From Botryllus schlosseri (lineage: Eukaryota): a stretch of 64,000 nucleotides of DNA. The notes beneath the pieces were generated by a model. The model worked only from the letters and a program-made list of their open reading frames with translations. It made no database searches and was not told where the DNA came from. A program made the position numbers and the translations under genes. The stretch covers positions 1,738,001-1,802,000 of the forward strand of contig CM119371.1 in assembly GCA_051294905.1 (NCBI GenBank). The letters are read 5' to 3'. Positions 51,582 through 64,000 of the stretch are shown here, piece by piece. The first letter of the stretch is position 1. Each line of letters opens with the position of its first letter.

Positions 51582-54026
51582 ATGAATAGGAGAGAGTAAA
51601 TCACCGTTTCTTTATTGTGCGCGGCTTTGAGAGAATAGACAGTCAAAGCTTGTTATGAGCGCTACCAGGGCATGCCCCGGCTATACATTCGCAAAGCAAA
51701 AACACAGAAGAGAAGTCGATTTTCTCAGAGACTTCGCTATATATGGGCATTTACAAGCGAACTAATAAGAAGAATGCGATTTTCGCTGTGATTTCAGTAT
51801 ATATCGATTGCTGGGCATCTTAAATGGTAAAGAATTGTTATTGAACAGAATTTTAGGTGGGGCAATGCCCCAGTTTCCCTATAGGACGAGCCGCCACTGC
51901 CTACATACGATTGCTCAGGTCGGTTGTTGACGCGAACAATTATTGAGTATTGCGAGCGGGTGCAGATATCCAATCCACTACCCAATTATGCTCATGTAGC
52001 CTACAAATGACAAACCAATTCAGCAGGATATCACATGCGGCTCTGTGCAGCGCGGACGAATCTTGCTAATTGGCAACACGTATGTTGCCAATAATTGGCA
52101 GCGCGTAACACTGGTAATACGAATTATGCGAATCGCGATTGAAAACAAACACAAAGAAGGATGTGATTTGAAGTTTTATTTTGAGGGAGATTTTTTTCAA
52201 GAATTGTTGTACTCATGCGTAATGTGCGCCCCCTTACAAAAATCGGGAGGTAAGATTTTGCACAGTATAAGTGAAAAAAACTATGGTAACTCAGTATACA
52301 TGGACGGGCTACTCGTGAGCCACTTCAATTTTATTCTAGTGACTTTGATTCTAAAGCATAATATATATGACATAAACTTATAAGGAAATATATTACGTTT
52401 TCATAATTTTGTACCTTTCTATGCGCTCAGTGCATATGCTTGACAGACCGACCATCAGCTATTCAACTAACAGCAATACGCATTCTCCAGTTACTCTTAT
52501 CAGAGGCATCTCCGGATCGGTGCAATGTGCATCATTCAAAATCTAGTGTTAGTGCATGGATGGTTCGATCATCGCAATGATGACAGTTGAAATCGTAATA
52601 TAATCAAGATTATTGACGTTATTGAAACACGTTTCAACACAAATTAGACTTGTTCCGAGTGCAAGAAACGAATTTTGTTCGGATGGCTTCGTGTCCCCCT
52701 AATATGCTTCTACGCCGTCTAATGGAGGTGTGCCCCCAGTTTGAGAAACACTGTTTTAGACCTTAAAATGCATTTACCAGTACCTTTGATTTTATTTTAT
52801 TAGGCCTACAACAAAATAGGGGGTATTGTTCCATCTGTGAGGATCATGAGAGCTTTGCAATGTCTCAATTAGCAGAATAAGGTTAGCCTATGCAACTAGA
52901 TCAATATATTATAGATATACAGTGGTTCCAAAACAGTGAGCCGTCACAGAATCCCAGGTGTGCTGTAAGTCCTTCTGGGATTTTGAAGAAAAACACTGTA
53001 TAATATTGAAGATTGGGCAATGGGCATGCAGACCAGCAGAGCGGTCAAACTTTTACAGCATACTGATAAATAAAGAACAGACGCCCAAGTGCATTGTCCA
53101 TGAAATCAATCCTGGCATTGCCAATGAATATGGTAATGTCTCTAAATCATTATTGGGCGACTATGTCTAGATCAAAAGTTATTTTTATTCCCTTCAAATC
53201 AACTCATAATAACGAAATCGTGCCACAAATGTTTGCACAATGCCTAGAATTCAATATACACAACAATACTTTCCATGAATTTCTGTAAACATATAGGCCT
53301 ACAGGCTAGTAATCAACTCAATTGGAAGCCATAAATCAAACCACCGTTTTCAGAAGAAGAACATCTCATTGATGTACTGATTGCCTTTATTTTGTGATTT
53401 TGTGATTTAATTTGTGATGTCCCTTTCAAATCCTATTCCATGATAAGTGCAATCAACATTTATTGTTATCTGCACCTTAACAGGTTTATTTGTATATCTG
53501 TTTCTTTCATTTTGGCTGAAATAAAAAGGCGTAACCGAGATACACTGCTCGGAACACAACAATATGCAGGCATGTTACTGAATGATTAAAAATAGTTTCA
53601 GTGCAAGATATATTTGCATAAACAAGCATAGCCAACGCATACACGCGAATCGATTTGTAAGCAACCGAAAATGTGTCACAGTAAGCCTAAAAACTTTGGT
53701 AACCACTTTATATATATATAATAGGGTTGCCATATTTTGGTTTGACAAATTCCGGACGCTCTTCAGCGCCCCCTAGCGGATTTCAAAATGAGGTATGGGC
53801 AGTGAGCACATTGTCGATCAAGATGACGTCACACAAGCCATGCTTTGTCTATCAACTAGAGGTGGTCAGTGGTCATGATCCAGTTCAGGAGTATGTGGTT
53901 GTATGTTGTAAGTTGTAACTAGGGCCGAAGCCACACTTTTTTTCAGCCCCCTTCCCGACAAAATAAACACTGATCTTGGGTCCACCGTCAGTGAATCGAT
54001 GCAACTTCTGGGGGCTTACTAAATGC

Positions 54027-54543
54027 TAGGGCTGGGCAAAATCGAGTACCTGAGTGATTCGATTCTGAATCACGTGAAATGCTTCGAGTCGAGTCGAGTA
54101 ATCGAGTATCACCCATTATGACGTCACAACATAATGTAATATGTCGAATTTCAAATATGTACCTTTTATGCGACCTCAAAGACTATAATTCCTGTTATCC
54201 ATCACATTAAAGATACTTTGGTATTTTTTCGACCATGCCGATTTCATTGCACTTGGTGACAATGTTGTGGGATAATCATGGCTTCGGAAATGTGTTATTC
54301 CTAGTAACGTTCGTAGCTTTGTACTATATCTTTGGTATGCTACGATACGGCCAATCAAGGCTCCAAGGCTTCAACAGTGAAAATTAGTATCGAAACTATA
54401 ATTCTCGTTGATAAATTAGCTTTCAGTGGCGAGGAGAGTATAATTTCAGTACTCGAAAAAATCGTATTTTACTACTCGACTCGAATCATTAAAATTAATA
54501 CTCGATTCAGATTCGAGTACTCGAATCATTGTGCCCGGCCCTA
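54027..54543. mobile_element. hAT MITE with CGAGTA/TACTCG arrays
   Basis: TIR TAGGGC(T/C)GGGCA, perfect TSD CTAAATGC. Confidence 0.88.
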
Positions 54544-54703
54544 CTAAATGCATTTGGCCGTTGATTTATTTGAATGAATTATATCAATAATATTGGTTCT
54601 TCGATATCCTATATGATCAGCGAGTTAGCGGTAGACCTGGTGGAGGATGATGACTTCGAAAATGTAATGAGCGTAATTGTACATCGCTAAGTCATGTTCA
54701 TGC

Positions 54704-56640
54704 CATCATCATCATCATCATTGGTTTATTAGCAATTTTATCAGTTCAATACACCACAAAAAATGCGATACAATGAAAAGACAGGAAGATGTCGAAGCGA
54801 CAAGGAGCAGTCTATGGAATCTGTATTTCGACTTGAATGTGGACAATAGGGTTGTCCATAATTTGGAAAATCTCAAAATTTATGCGTATCCATGTCTCAT
54901 TCTATAGATTATAGTCAAAAAACGTCAATGAACCTGCAATAAGCTCACGGGAAAGTCGTTAACATTTGTCTAAATGCGTTTGAAAGTAGCTGCCGTAGAG
55001 TAGGCGTGTCAGCGACCATAGAACGGCAAGCAGACTAGTAATCACGAAATCACGGCGTTTGATTGGCTAATCTGCTACTCTTCAATGATCACGATATTGG
55101 CGGCTTGTTGGTCAGCTGGTCAAGGAATCGGCTAACGCCGGTGATTCTGTAAGCGCATTGTAGGTTGGACCGCCAATCATGATTAAGGATTAATTCAGAA
55201 CATGTTGAGTAACGAAACACATGATGAACAAAGAACAGCTGCTTCACAATATTTTCAAATACATGACATGATGGCTTATTGTGAAGGTAACCGTTGTAGC
55301 CTGTATGCCTTGATTTCATTGATGGAAAGCACAAAATCAAGCGGAAAAATATTGCAAAGGCGCTTATGCAAGTGGCAAACGAATTTCTAGTTTCAGAGAG
55401 GATGTAACATCATTGAATACAAATATAAAGCTGGACATTGACACTACTTTGTCTGATCTTATTAGGCTGTTGTCGTGGTATATAATTGAAGTCTTGAATG
55501 CTGTAAGGGCTGGATGAATCTGTCATTTATGCTTGGCACTTGTCAGATTATTGCAGCATAATGAATCATACCTGCAAGTGCTGTCAAAGTCCTCAATGAT
55601 GCCGCGAAAAGAAGTCTAAAGATAAGCACAGACTATGCTGGTAGGACCAGCAAAAAGACAGTTTGCTTGCATTGCTTAGCATCTCCTTAATGAATCTTAG
55701 ATCATTACCGGCTGCATCACGACTAATATTCTTGAATCAAACCAGACATGGACATAAAAATGATGTATTGAAGCGGTGTGGTAGTTACACTCTTCTTCAG
55801 AAATCCAATGTAAGCTACCTGGTCGGCCCACATATCTTCTGAGCATACAGGATTGTGTCCAGAATCCATATCACACGGTATGCTGCACCAGTTTGGCGAT
55901 GTCTAATATACCTTACCTCCACCCAGAAAAACAGGACCACTTGGTGTAATCTCAAGCATATCAGATATGTAGGCTATTTCTGGTATCTATACTTACTTCT
56001 ATAAGTTCACAATCACTGTTTCACCTCTGTCATGCCTGCAGTAGGTTATTGTTGCACTAAAGCTATCGATACCTAGTTTTAACCCTAAAACATTCAATGA
56101 CCAGATGTCTCATTTTATTATTAAATCACCAACCTACAATGCGCTTACAGAATCATTGCCGACAGCGAACTTCTTGAACTAGTATAAGCACATAATCAGC
56201 AAGCCGCTGTGGTCGTGACCATTCAAGCATAGCTGATTAACCAATCAAGAGACATGATTTCGTGATCACTAGTCTTCTCGCCGTTCTATGGTCGCTAACA
56301 CGCCCACTCTACGGCAGCTACTTTCAAACGCATTTAGACAAATGTTAGCGACTTTCCTATGAGCTTATAGCAGGTTCGTTGATGTTTTTTTTTATCAATA
56401 ATATACATAATGAGACATGGATACGCATCTTTTTTGATATTTTCCAAATTATGGACAACCCTAGTGGACATGCTCGTCGACTGTCGGATGGCCGGCGGGA
56501 TACTGTTCCACACATCAGGTCCGGCATATTTGATAGAGCGATGATCTTTTCGGTCGATCATATGATATTTGGACGACGTGGACGCGCGTGTGTTGTAATT
56601 GTGTGCTTTTGATTCCGAGGTAAAGAAGTCATTTTAATAT
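54704..56640 (-). mobile_element. CR1-clade LINE 3' fragment interrupted by a hAT element
   Basis: AHNYNTRASTSS...SIKYAGPDVWNSIPPAIRQSTSMST at about 56464-56610 continues across the insertion into 54704-54846, which carries the (GAT)n tail. Confidence 0.85.
54847..56463. mobile_element. hAT (hATm-like) element with ~320-bp TIRs
   Basis: TIR TAGGGTTGTCCATAATTTGGAAAAT, TSD GTGGACA(A/T). The uninterrupted target gtggacat is seen in the LINE copy near 42932. Confidence 0.9.
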
Positions 56641-57371
56641 TCGGGGCAACGACCGCAGTGGAACTGATACATAAACTTGTCACACCGATAAGATTATGCG
56701 CACTGCACCACCGAGCTATATATACGCCGCATATCCGGTGGTCTCCGACCTTTTATGGTCGCGATTTCATTTCCAATTCGAAAATGTTCCGTGGTCCAGT
56801 TCAAAATTTGATGAGCTGATTAATAATTAAAGGTTGGCATATTTCTCCAAACTTACTCATGGTCTATTTTCGAAGCTGATTACCCCATATTAAAGGCAAA
56901 CTACCCCAGATTTAGAACGTCTATATTTGAATAAAGCATCCAAATGGCCTAAGCCGACTCTATGAATGTACGTTATCTTTTAATTGCGATTACAATTAGA
57001 CTTATTTTTGTAAATGAATGTTATTTTTATTTATTTTTGATCGCAGTTTTTGCGAGGGTGTTTAGTCGCCATAATAAAACCAAAATACATGATACTAAAT
57101 CGCGCGCAGCGGGAAGAAAAATTTCATGTAGCATAAATTTTCCCAAAAATAATGTTGTTTATGCTGATTTACGAAAAAATTGTGAGCTCACTTCAAGCCT
57201 TCAAAATTCCGGACATTTAGGCATATTTTAGAAATTCCTCCCGGACGCAGTTTTAACAGTGAAATTCCGGACATGTCCGGGAAATTCCGGACGTATGGCA
57301 ACCCTAATATATAACCAATTCATATTGATAATATCGATCACACGAATAGCAGTAATTAGGGATATCCTAAC

Positions 57372-57444
57372 CGGTAGCTACGGCTAACGACGATGAAGGC
57401 ACATCAGTGATACCAGAATCTTCACATCGACGCCTTTTCGCCAT
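57372..57444 (-). CDS. NLR gene, putative first coding exon (MAKRRRCEDSGITDVPSSSLAVAT-G)
   Basis: ATC-ATG-G start context, 16 nt downstream of an atttag acceptor (57461-57466). Open 73 nt ending phase 1 at a gttagg donor, matching the phase-1 start of exon 49047-49193. Confidence 0.55.
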
Positions 57445-59003
57445 GATAGGCCAACTATCACTAAATATTAAATAGCTCCTGTATGAAACAATTACCTAAA
57501 ATGCAATAACAGTAGTTACGCTTTTCCAAGAACTTCATATGCATAAGATGCGGAGAATCAAGTCAGCAACTGCAAACGGACACAAATTTACCAGTCCAAT
57601 TATCCATGTGAAATTTGATCACCGTTCAGGAACAAATCACATCACCTATCCAAGAAGCAAACAATTTTTTATATGTTCATGTCATTTACATGGAGTCCAA
57701 CACCAACCTAGCGATCAGTAACCGTCAACAACTAAGCTTCTAGTTCAGGATTAATATTCCAGTAAAATTTATTAATCCCGCTGTACAACCCACGCCAAAA
57801 CTAAGAAAATACTGGAACTGAACTTCAAAACCTATTATTCTCAGTGAGCAGTTCTAGATCTGAAACTGTTTCAATTTGAACGGGTATGATCCATGACTGG
57901 CAACCTGTCATTCCTCTTATGACTCTAAATAGCAATCCTGAATGTCAAGCCATGCAGTCGAAATTAACAAAGTATGCCTTCTGTGCAGAGCAGCAAAGAA
58001 AGGATTACACCACGCTCTCAGCAAGTGTCCGTTTTGGCCTGATGAAGATTAGCAATGAAAAATGGAACTCGCTCGTTATCAGAGATAAAAAAGAAACGAT
58101 TGAGGATTCCAAATATACCACTACATTGCATTGTGACTCGTCTTCTATAAACTAGTTTTCTATCCTGGAGCTACTACACAGCTACATTGCCTTCAGTACT
58201 GCAAACCGACTCGCCACTGAACTCTAACGAAATTGTGGAAATGTTCGGATCCAGGAATACCAGTAGAAATCCCGTTGCCGACCAAATAATATCAACCAGA
58301 GATGAAGAGTATTTCAAAGTGTCAAACTGACGAGAAATAACGGTATTTTATAGAAACCTAGGGTTCTGGTAAACATCATGTTGCGTTTGATCAAAATCGC
58401 ATCTAATCAAAGCAATAATACAAATCATGATTATTTTGATATTTTGGTTTTTACTCATAATATTAACAATAAAAGAACATGGAAAAATGACGACCAGGCC
58501 AGATGCCAATCGAGGCAACGCAGCATATCGCATCAACTCAATAAAGCGCGACTGGGAATTACCATACGCATTGTTTAAAATGGTCAACCTCACTGACAAT
58601 AATTTGTCGCTAGAATAGCCATTAATCCGCTCCGAGACCTGTGGAGTATGGCTGGGTCAGGGTTCTAAACAGGTCACAAGGCTCCGACTTACACGTCAAT
58701 CTCACTTTCACAATTTTAACTCGAGTCAAGTCGATCACAAAGACAAGACCGAGTTGAAGTCCGGGTGTACAACTGGCATTATATCTGGGGTCGCATAAAT
58801 AGTACAATGTAGCCTACATATTTGAATTTCTCACGTCGCTTATACAGTTGTGATATCATTAGTCAATAATGTGTGTTACTCGAATACTTGATTTTAAGCC
58901 TAATACTCGATTCAGAATCGCATTCGTCAGGTGTACGATATCGACCACCCTTAATATCGAGTCAAATAGGAATCATATATAACACTAGCATATGTATCAT
59001 GAG

Positions 59004-59889
59004 TAGGGCAATTTTTTTTTGACATGTCATAACAACGCAAAATTAGGTCAAAATTGTAGCGTTAGGTCAAAATTTGTCAAAATTGTTTACAAATTCAAAC
59101 ATTTTTTGACCTCTGCATTTCGTTTGTATCGTAGATTTTGCGCTGTCGGTGAACTTATCATTTGATATTTTACAGCTTGTAGCCTACTTTATAGGTCTAC
59201 CGTTGTGAACGGACCATCGTCTGCTCATTGTGAATCATAAATGGTCAAATGAAACAAATAGTGACATGGTTTTATGGTCAACGTACCGCAATATCCTAGC
59301 TGAAGCAAGACTGCTTGGACATCGCATGGTTCTTATATCAAGAAGCGCAAGCTGAAAAATTGTGATATAGACGACATTGCCAGAATGAAGCAACACGGTT
59401 TGTCACCAGCAGTGTGCACATAACTTGAGTGTTGTCAGCCAACAAATGCTGCTGTTGAACTTTCTTTCTCCGTTCTTGGCAAGCTACGTAGTAAGGACAT
59501 ACACTTTCTTCCCGAGAACGTAGGAAAGGATCTTTCGTTGTACTACAACAAATTTTAATTATTTCCACCAGAATACGGAATGTAACCACTGGAATTCTTC
59601 ATAGGGCCAGATTTCGTTAAAATACTAGTTTTTCATGTAAAAATATGTCAGTTTTTAGTTTTTGAGCCAAAAACGTTTTTTCAAAAAAATCTACTTTGTA
59701 AGGACAGACAGTTCCAACCAGAAATGAAGATAAGTAGTACAATTTTAACATTATATGTGCAAACACCTAATTTGCATACGTGAGGTCAAAATTTGGTCAA
59801 ATTTCAGTTTTTTTAGGTCAAAAAAAGTCAAAATTTAAATTTTTTAGGTCAAAATCTTCCGTTTTTTAGGTCAAAAAAAAATTGCCCTA
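59004..59889 (+). mobile_element. hAT deletion derivative with C-terminal transposase remnant
   Basis: TIR TAGGGCAATTTTTTTT, TSD ATCATGAG, aggtcaaaa arrays. Remnant CQPTNAAVELSFSVLGKLRSKDIHFLPEN resembles the hAT dimerisation motif P.S..VERSFS. Confidence 0.85.
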
Positions 59890-60260
59890 ATCATGAGCAA
59901 TCTTCTCTCGAAGCTGCGTGCGTTGCATTGATCATGAGTATCATTGATGCTCATGGGGTGGTCTCTGGATGCGATAAACTAAGTCTGGTTTATGCACAAT
60001 TCGCAATGCACATCCAATAATAAACCCAATTCACGCATCATCTCCCTAGAAAATAAAACAGCGGCTAAAGAAAATCCACGAAATCAGCGCAGTGAACAGA
60101 AAATAAAAAAATCAAGGTTAGAAACTTGAATTAAATCGCATTGATTTAAATCAGCCAAATTTAAACAAGAATCCAACCTCTGACTGGGTTTTAGTGTGAC
60201 TTCGCAGATTCTAGTTTATTTTCATACATTTGCCTGAAATCCAGGGGCATGTATACTCAT

Positions 60261-60866
60261 TAGGGCTGTTCAAAAATAATTTCTTTCTCCTGATTCCAGC
60301 CTTTCACTTATTAAATTGTCAGGTTACCATAAAAAAACTCTGCACACCAAATTTGATTCAATTCTAACAAGTATAGGACTCCGCAGATCCAATTGAAATT
60401 TTTAATTTAATTTTTAATTTGAATTCTCAATTTTTTTGCCAATTCCCTGAAATTGTTGAGCTGTCTTCAAAGACGATGCAAAACAAATTTGACTCAATTC
60501 CGACCAGTAAAAGCGGAGTTAGGTGAGTTTTTTGTTGATAATTCTCGAATTATCCACCGATCAAGGATAATCCGAGGATTATCACCGAAAAACTCACATA
60601 ACTCCGCTTTTACTGGTCGGAATTGAGTCAAATTTGTTTTGCATCGTCTTCGAAGACAGCTCAACAATTTCATGGGGATGGCAGAAAAATTTGAGAATTT
60701 ATTTTTTAATTTTCACTAATAAATTAAAATTTTTAATTGGATCTGCAGAGTCCTATACTTGTCAGAATTGAACCATATTTGGCGTGCAGCGTTTTTTAGG
60801 GTAACCTGACAATTTAATCAGTGAATGGCTGGAATCCGGGAAAAAAAGGTATTTTTGAACTGCGTA
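60261..60866. mobile_element. Near-perfect palindromic MITE
   Basis: tagggctgttcaaaaata ... tatttttgaactgcgta, arms of about 300 bp, centre near 60570. Confidence 0.8.
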
Positions 60867-61713
60867 TTAGGAATGTTTAAAAATACCTTTTTTCCCGGAT
60901 TCCAGCCATTACGGCAAACTAGTTAAAAAATGTTGATGCAGGGGTGGGCTAACTACTGGGCGAATGCGGAAAAATCGCGCATGTGTTAATTGGAATCGCT
61001 CTCTGCATGTGCAGAAGTATTCATATTTATAAGATCTATACATTTTGGCAGGAGCGTATTTCAAGCTAGCATGGTTATACCGCTGTCAGCATTGTTACCT
61101 GGATTTGAACTAAAAGAAGAGGATGCAAATCTAATAACAGATCACTGCTCACAGAATCTAATCGCCGTCCTGTTCTAAGAATCGGGACAAATGCTAGGCT
61201 ATCAACCCTAATTTTTGAAAATTGGTTATTGAGGTTGACCAGCTTATGAAGTCAGATGCGTGTAAGATATTATCAAGCCAATGGTTGGTTGGTTTGTTAG
61301 TTTTAAATACACATTATTCTCGATTTGGACTTGGTCACAAGAAGAGCCAGATATGATCCGCGATACACCGGTTTACCAATTCTCACTGATGTAAATAACA
61401 TGCTTCATGGAGTATTTTTCGAAAGACATAAATCAGGCCATATTTGCCAAGGAAAATGTTTCATAGTAGTGTAAGTAGTTGAATATCACAAACACTTTAG
61501 TTTGGTAAGAAATGCCGTTAAGAAACCTACTTGGATAAAAAAAAAAAAGTCGAAGTACTTCATTGCTGGCTTTTTGTGATCAGACCTGATATCTGCGTAC
61601 TATTGATATTCGGACATGCTTCGGTGATGATATCTACGCATCAGAAAGAGCCCAAGAATAATTCAAAACTCGCATCTGCGCAGTATTGGGGGCCGGGTAT
61701 TCTTCGGAACTGA

Positions 61714-62028
61714 TTTCGATATAACATTTAACCGTCACTGGTTTCTTGTTTGTGTTTTTTCTGAAGGAAACAGTTACCTCCGGTTTGAGTGAACTCAATA
61801 TATATGTGTACAACTTCGATCTCTACACTGGCATCTCGCCGTTACGCTTATCAACAAGATGATAGCTTTGAAAAGTGTGGCTACATGAAGCTGCCTGTGT
61901 TCCTTCTGGTCATGGGTAGCTTCAAGCAACTTTTGACAATAGTGTCAACTGGCACTTCGTTTGCTTCTCCAAACGTATATACAGCCACATTCACGTAACA
62001 TTGTTTCAAGATGGATTACATCAGACTC
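61714..62028 (-). mobile_element. Isolated internal piggyBac transposase fragment
   Basis: Near-identical to 9357-9676 (compare ORFs 9432..9794 and 61789..61998). No TIRs or TTAA. Confidence 0.88.
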
Positions 62029-62530
62029 GAACATCCTGCTATTGCAACCTTTGATTTAATATCAAACACTAGAATCGAGCTCCTGTTACGCATCGAATTC
62101 ATATTATGCCTGTAAGGACAGTATCAAATCATTTTTTACAATTACAGAGTTCTCTGTAACATAGTTTTGTTGTGGCTGCGCAATCTCTAATTTGTTTACA
62201 ACAATGCATTTTCCAAGTACTTCGGCCGCGTGAGGCGAAACCAGTGATGATTAGTTCTTAAGAGTTTCGCCTGTGACTCATCACTATGGACGAGCTATCT
62301 GCCCGCCTGAAAATTATCATCAATGTAGTGTACAGTTCATCGTTACGACAAGTATCAGCATAATATTTCAGTTGGTTGATGACAGATATTGGTGAAATAA
62401 GCTCTATACGGATTGAGTCGACATTGCCATGTCATTGGGAGTTTATTTTTATACGAGTCGTGAAATACATATATTGTAGTTTTAACAGGTTTATATGTCA
62501 TACATGGTAAGCAGGTTTATAGCTCTATAG

Positions 62531-63574
62531 CAGGGGTCACCAACCTTTTTGCAACCGAGGGCTACTTTTACGTAATGATTGAAGCGGCGGGCTACTATTT
62601 ACTCCCGTCGTTTACCCGTGCAACACTGAATTTCCGCTTTGATATTCATAGCACTGGGCAGGACTGGACATCAGCATGTTATCTGTTTCTATAGCAGTCA
62701 GTGGGAAGCCTGGCATTGTATGATATCAACTAGTGCGCTGTGCTCTGGTATTTAACTTGACACTGCAATTCTGAGTGAGTGTTCCAGATGTGCAATAATT
62801 AGGCGTGTTTTGTGTTTGTTTTTGATGAAGTTTATGTCCGAAAAGGCTGATTCACAACGATAAGTTGAACCATAGACGCTTGCAACCTTCGTAGCTGCTG
62901 CGCATAGACCACTGTACTTTTCCGTATCAATAATGCACCAAACGTTGCTGCACGGTGAGGTGGGGGTCATTTTGCAGTGTTACAATTTCAATCTCCTACG
63001 GTTCAGCATCCAGAAATGACAATACCGGACAGCAGCAACGATTCCGGAAAGTTAGAAACATGGTATATTAAACTGCGTTGATTGTAACAGAAACAAGCTG
63101 TGTCAAAAGATGCAATACGTAATGGGTATACAGATATTGAAAATCTGCTAGTACTTCACGGCTATCTGAGTCCGAATAGTAATATTGTTTACTACTGTGG
63201 CATTGTCCTGGTCGTCGAGCTATCATATCGGAACCGCCACCATTTCAAGAAGACCGTGGGGCATTCAGTCATGTCACCTGTATAGGCATTGCGCCGTACC
63301 ATGAATTTATGGTGATTCTATATCACATATCTATATAGGCCTATTGCTAATTGTAATAGAAGATAAGTGTTTATATATGTAAGTTACATGTTAGTGTGTT
63401 TTAAACAAGAATAGCTGAATCGATCGATCTATATATTTAAAAGTTCATTGGTAATAATCTGACGAATATTGGTAATTGCTGTTATTCCACCTATTTTTAG
63501 AATGGGCTCGCGGGCTACTCATTTAGTCCTCGCGGGCTACCTGGTGCCCGCGGGCACCGGGTTGGTGACCCCTG
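62531..63574 (-). mobile_element. Buster/Charlie hAT deletion derivative, 1044 bp, uninterrupted
   Basis: TIR CAGGGGTCACCAACC, perfect TSD CTCTATAG. ORF 62752..62970 carries YGSTYRCESAFSDINFIKNKHKTRL..HLEHSLRIAVS (hAT C-terminal dimerisation region). Confidence 0.92.
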
Positions 63575-64000
63575 CTCTATAGTCTATATATATTTGAGTG
63601 GCAACTTAGCTGGGACACGCTACTTCATCATAATAAATTCTACTCAGGCTTTTGATTGAAGTGTGATATCAAATAATAATGAAAAAAGTAGCCAGTGGAA
63701 GATTCCATTGTAAAAAACAACTGCTGCAAAACCCCATAATGCTATGTTATCTTGTCGATATGTAAATATATTACATAATAAACATTAGCAACACTTCGCT
63801 TTAGCTGCTCGCAAACTGTTTTATGCCTTTGTGACGCTGTGTTCATAATAGCAGTATAGGTTATCCAATCGAGCATAAACAATACTAACTTAACAGTGCC
63901 TGTACCAGACTGCATACTCGTCACATATGCTGTAACTTACTGCACGAAGCTCGGGATTGCGTTACATCGCTGCGAACGGATTCCTGTGCGGTGTATGAAC

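Larger units (their letters stand above)
53722..57306. mobile_element. hAT-type element (TAGGGTTGCCATA), outer layer of a nested stack
   Basis: TIR TAGGGTTGCCATA, ttccggac repeats, perfect TSD ATATATAA. Confidence 0.85.

Noticed and set aside
57539..58618. Short plus-strand ORFs upstream of the NLR as a divergent partner or effector gene
   Set aside because: No recognisable domain, matching amyloid-like motif or consistent exon chain.

Overview
This is AT-rich animal genomic DNA with GT-AG introns. An ascidian-like or other marine invertebrate origin is a tentative impression only. One minus-strand, multi-exon NLR (NACHT-LRR) gene spans about 57.4 kb to 17.2-17.7 kb. I rebuilt it by hand from phase-compatible exons: 57372-57444, 49047-49193, 45884-47329, 44920-45233, 29184-29288, 27113-27229, 25521-25661, 22800-22877, 22498-22665 and 17757-17946 (about 926 codons plus an unresolved last exon). 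Its N-terminus has no recognisable death-fold domain. It carries instead a short RHIM-like/amyloid-signalling-like segment (NVNLKFTKSSVNVVAGDQINVKQIVY), the most interesting observation here. The donor after the first LRR exon reads CTAAGT rather than GTAAGT, so the allele may be truncated. Introns and flanks are packed with nested, mostly decayed transposons, many with readable TIRs and TSDs: hAT (hATm, Buster/Charlie, Ac-type), piggyBac, CACTA/EnSpm (including an ~8 kb copy with its own spliced SAMD3-like gene), P-like, Tc1/pogo and Kolobok-like MITEs, a Helentron-like element and CR1/L2 LINE tails. No RNA genes or CRISPR arrays were seen. Family assignments come from recalled motifs, not database searches.
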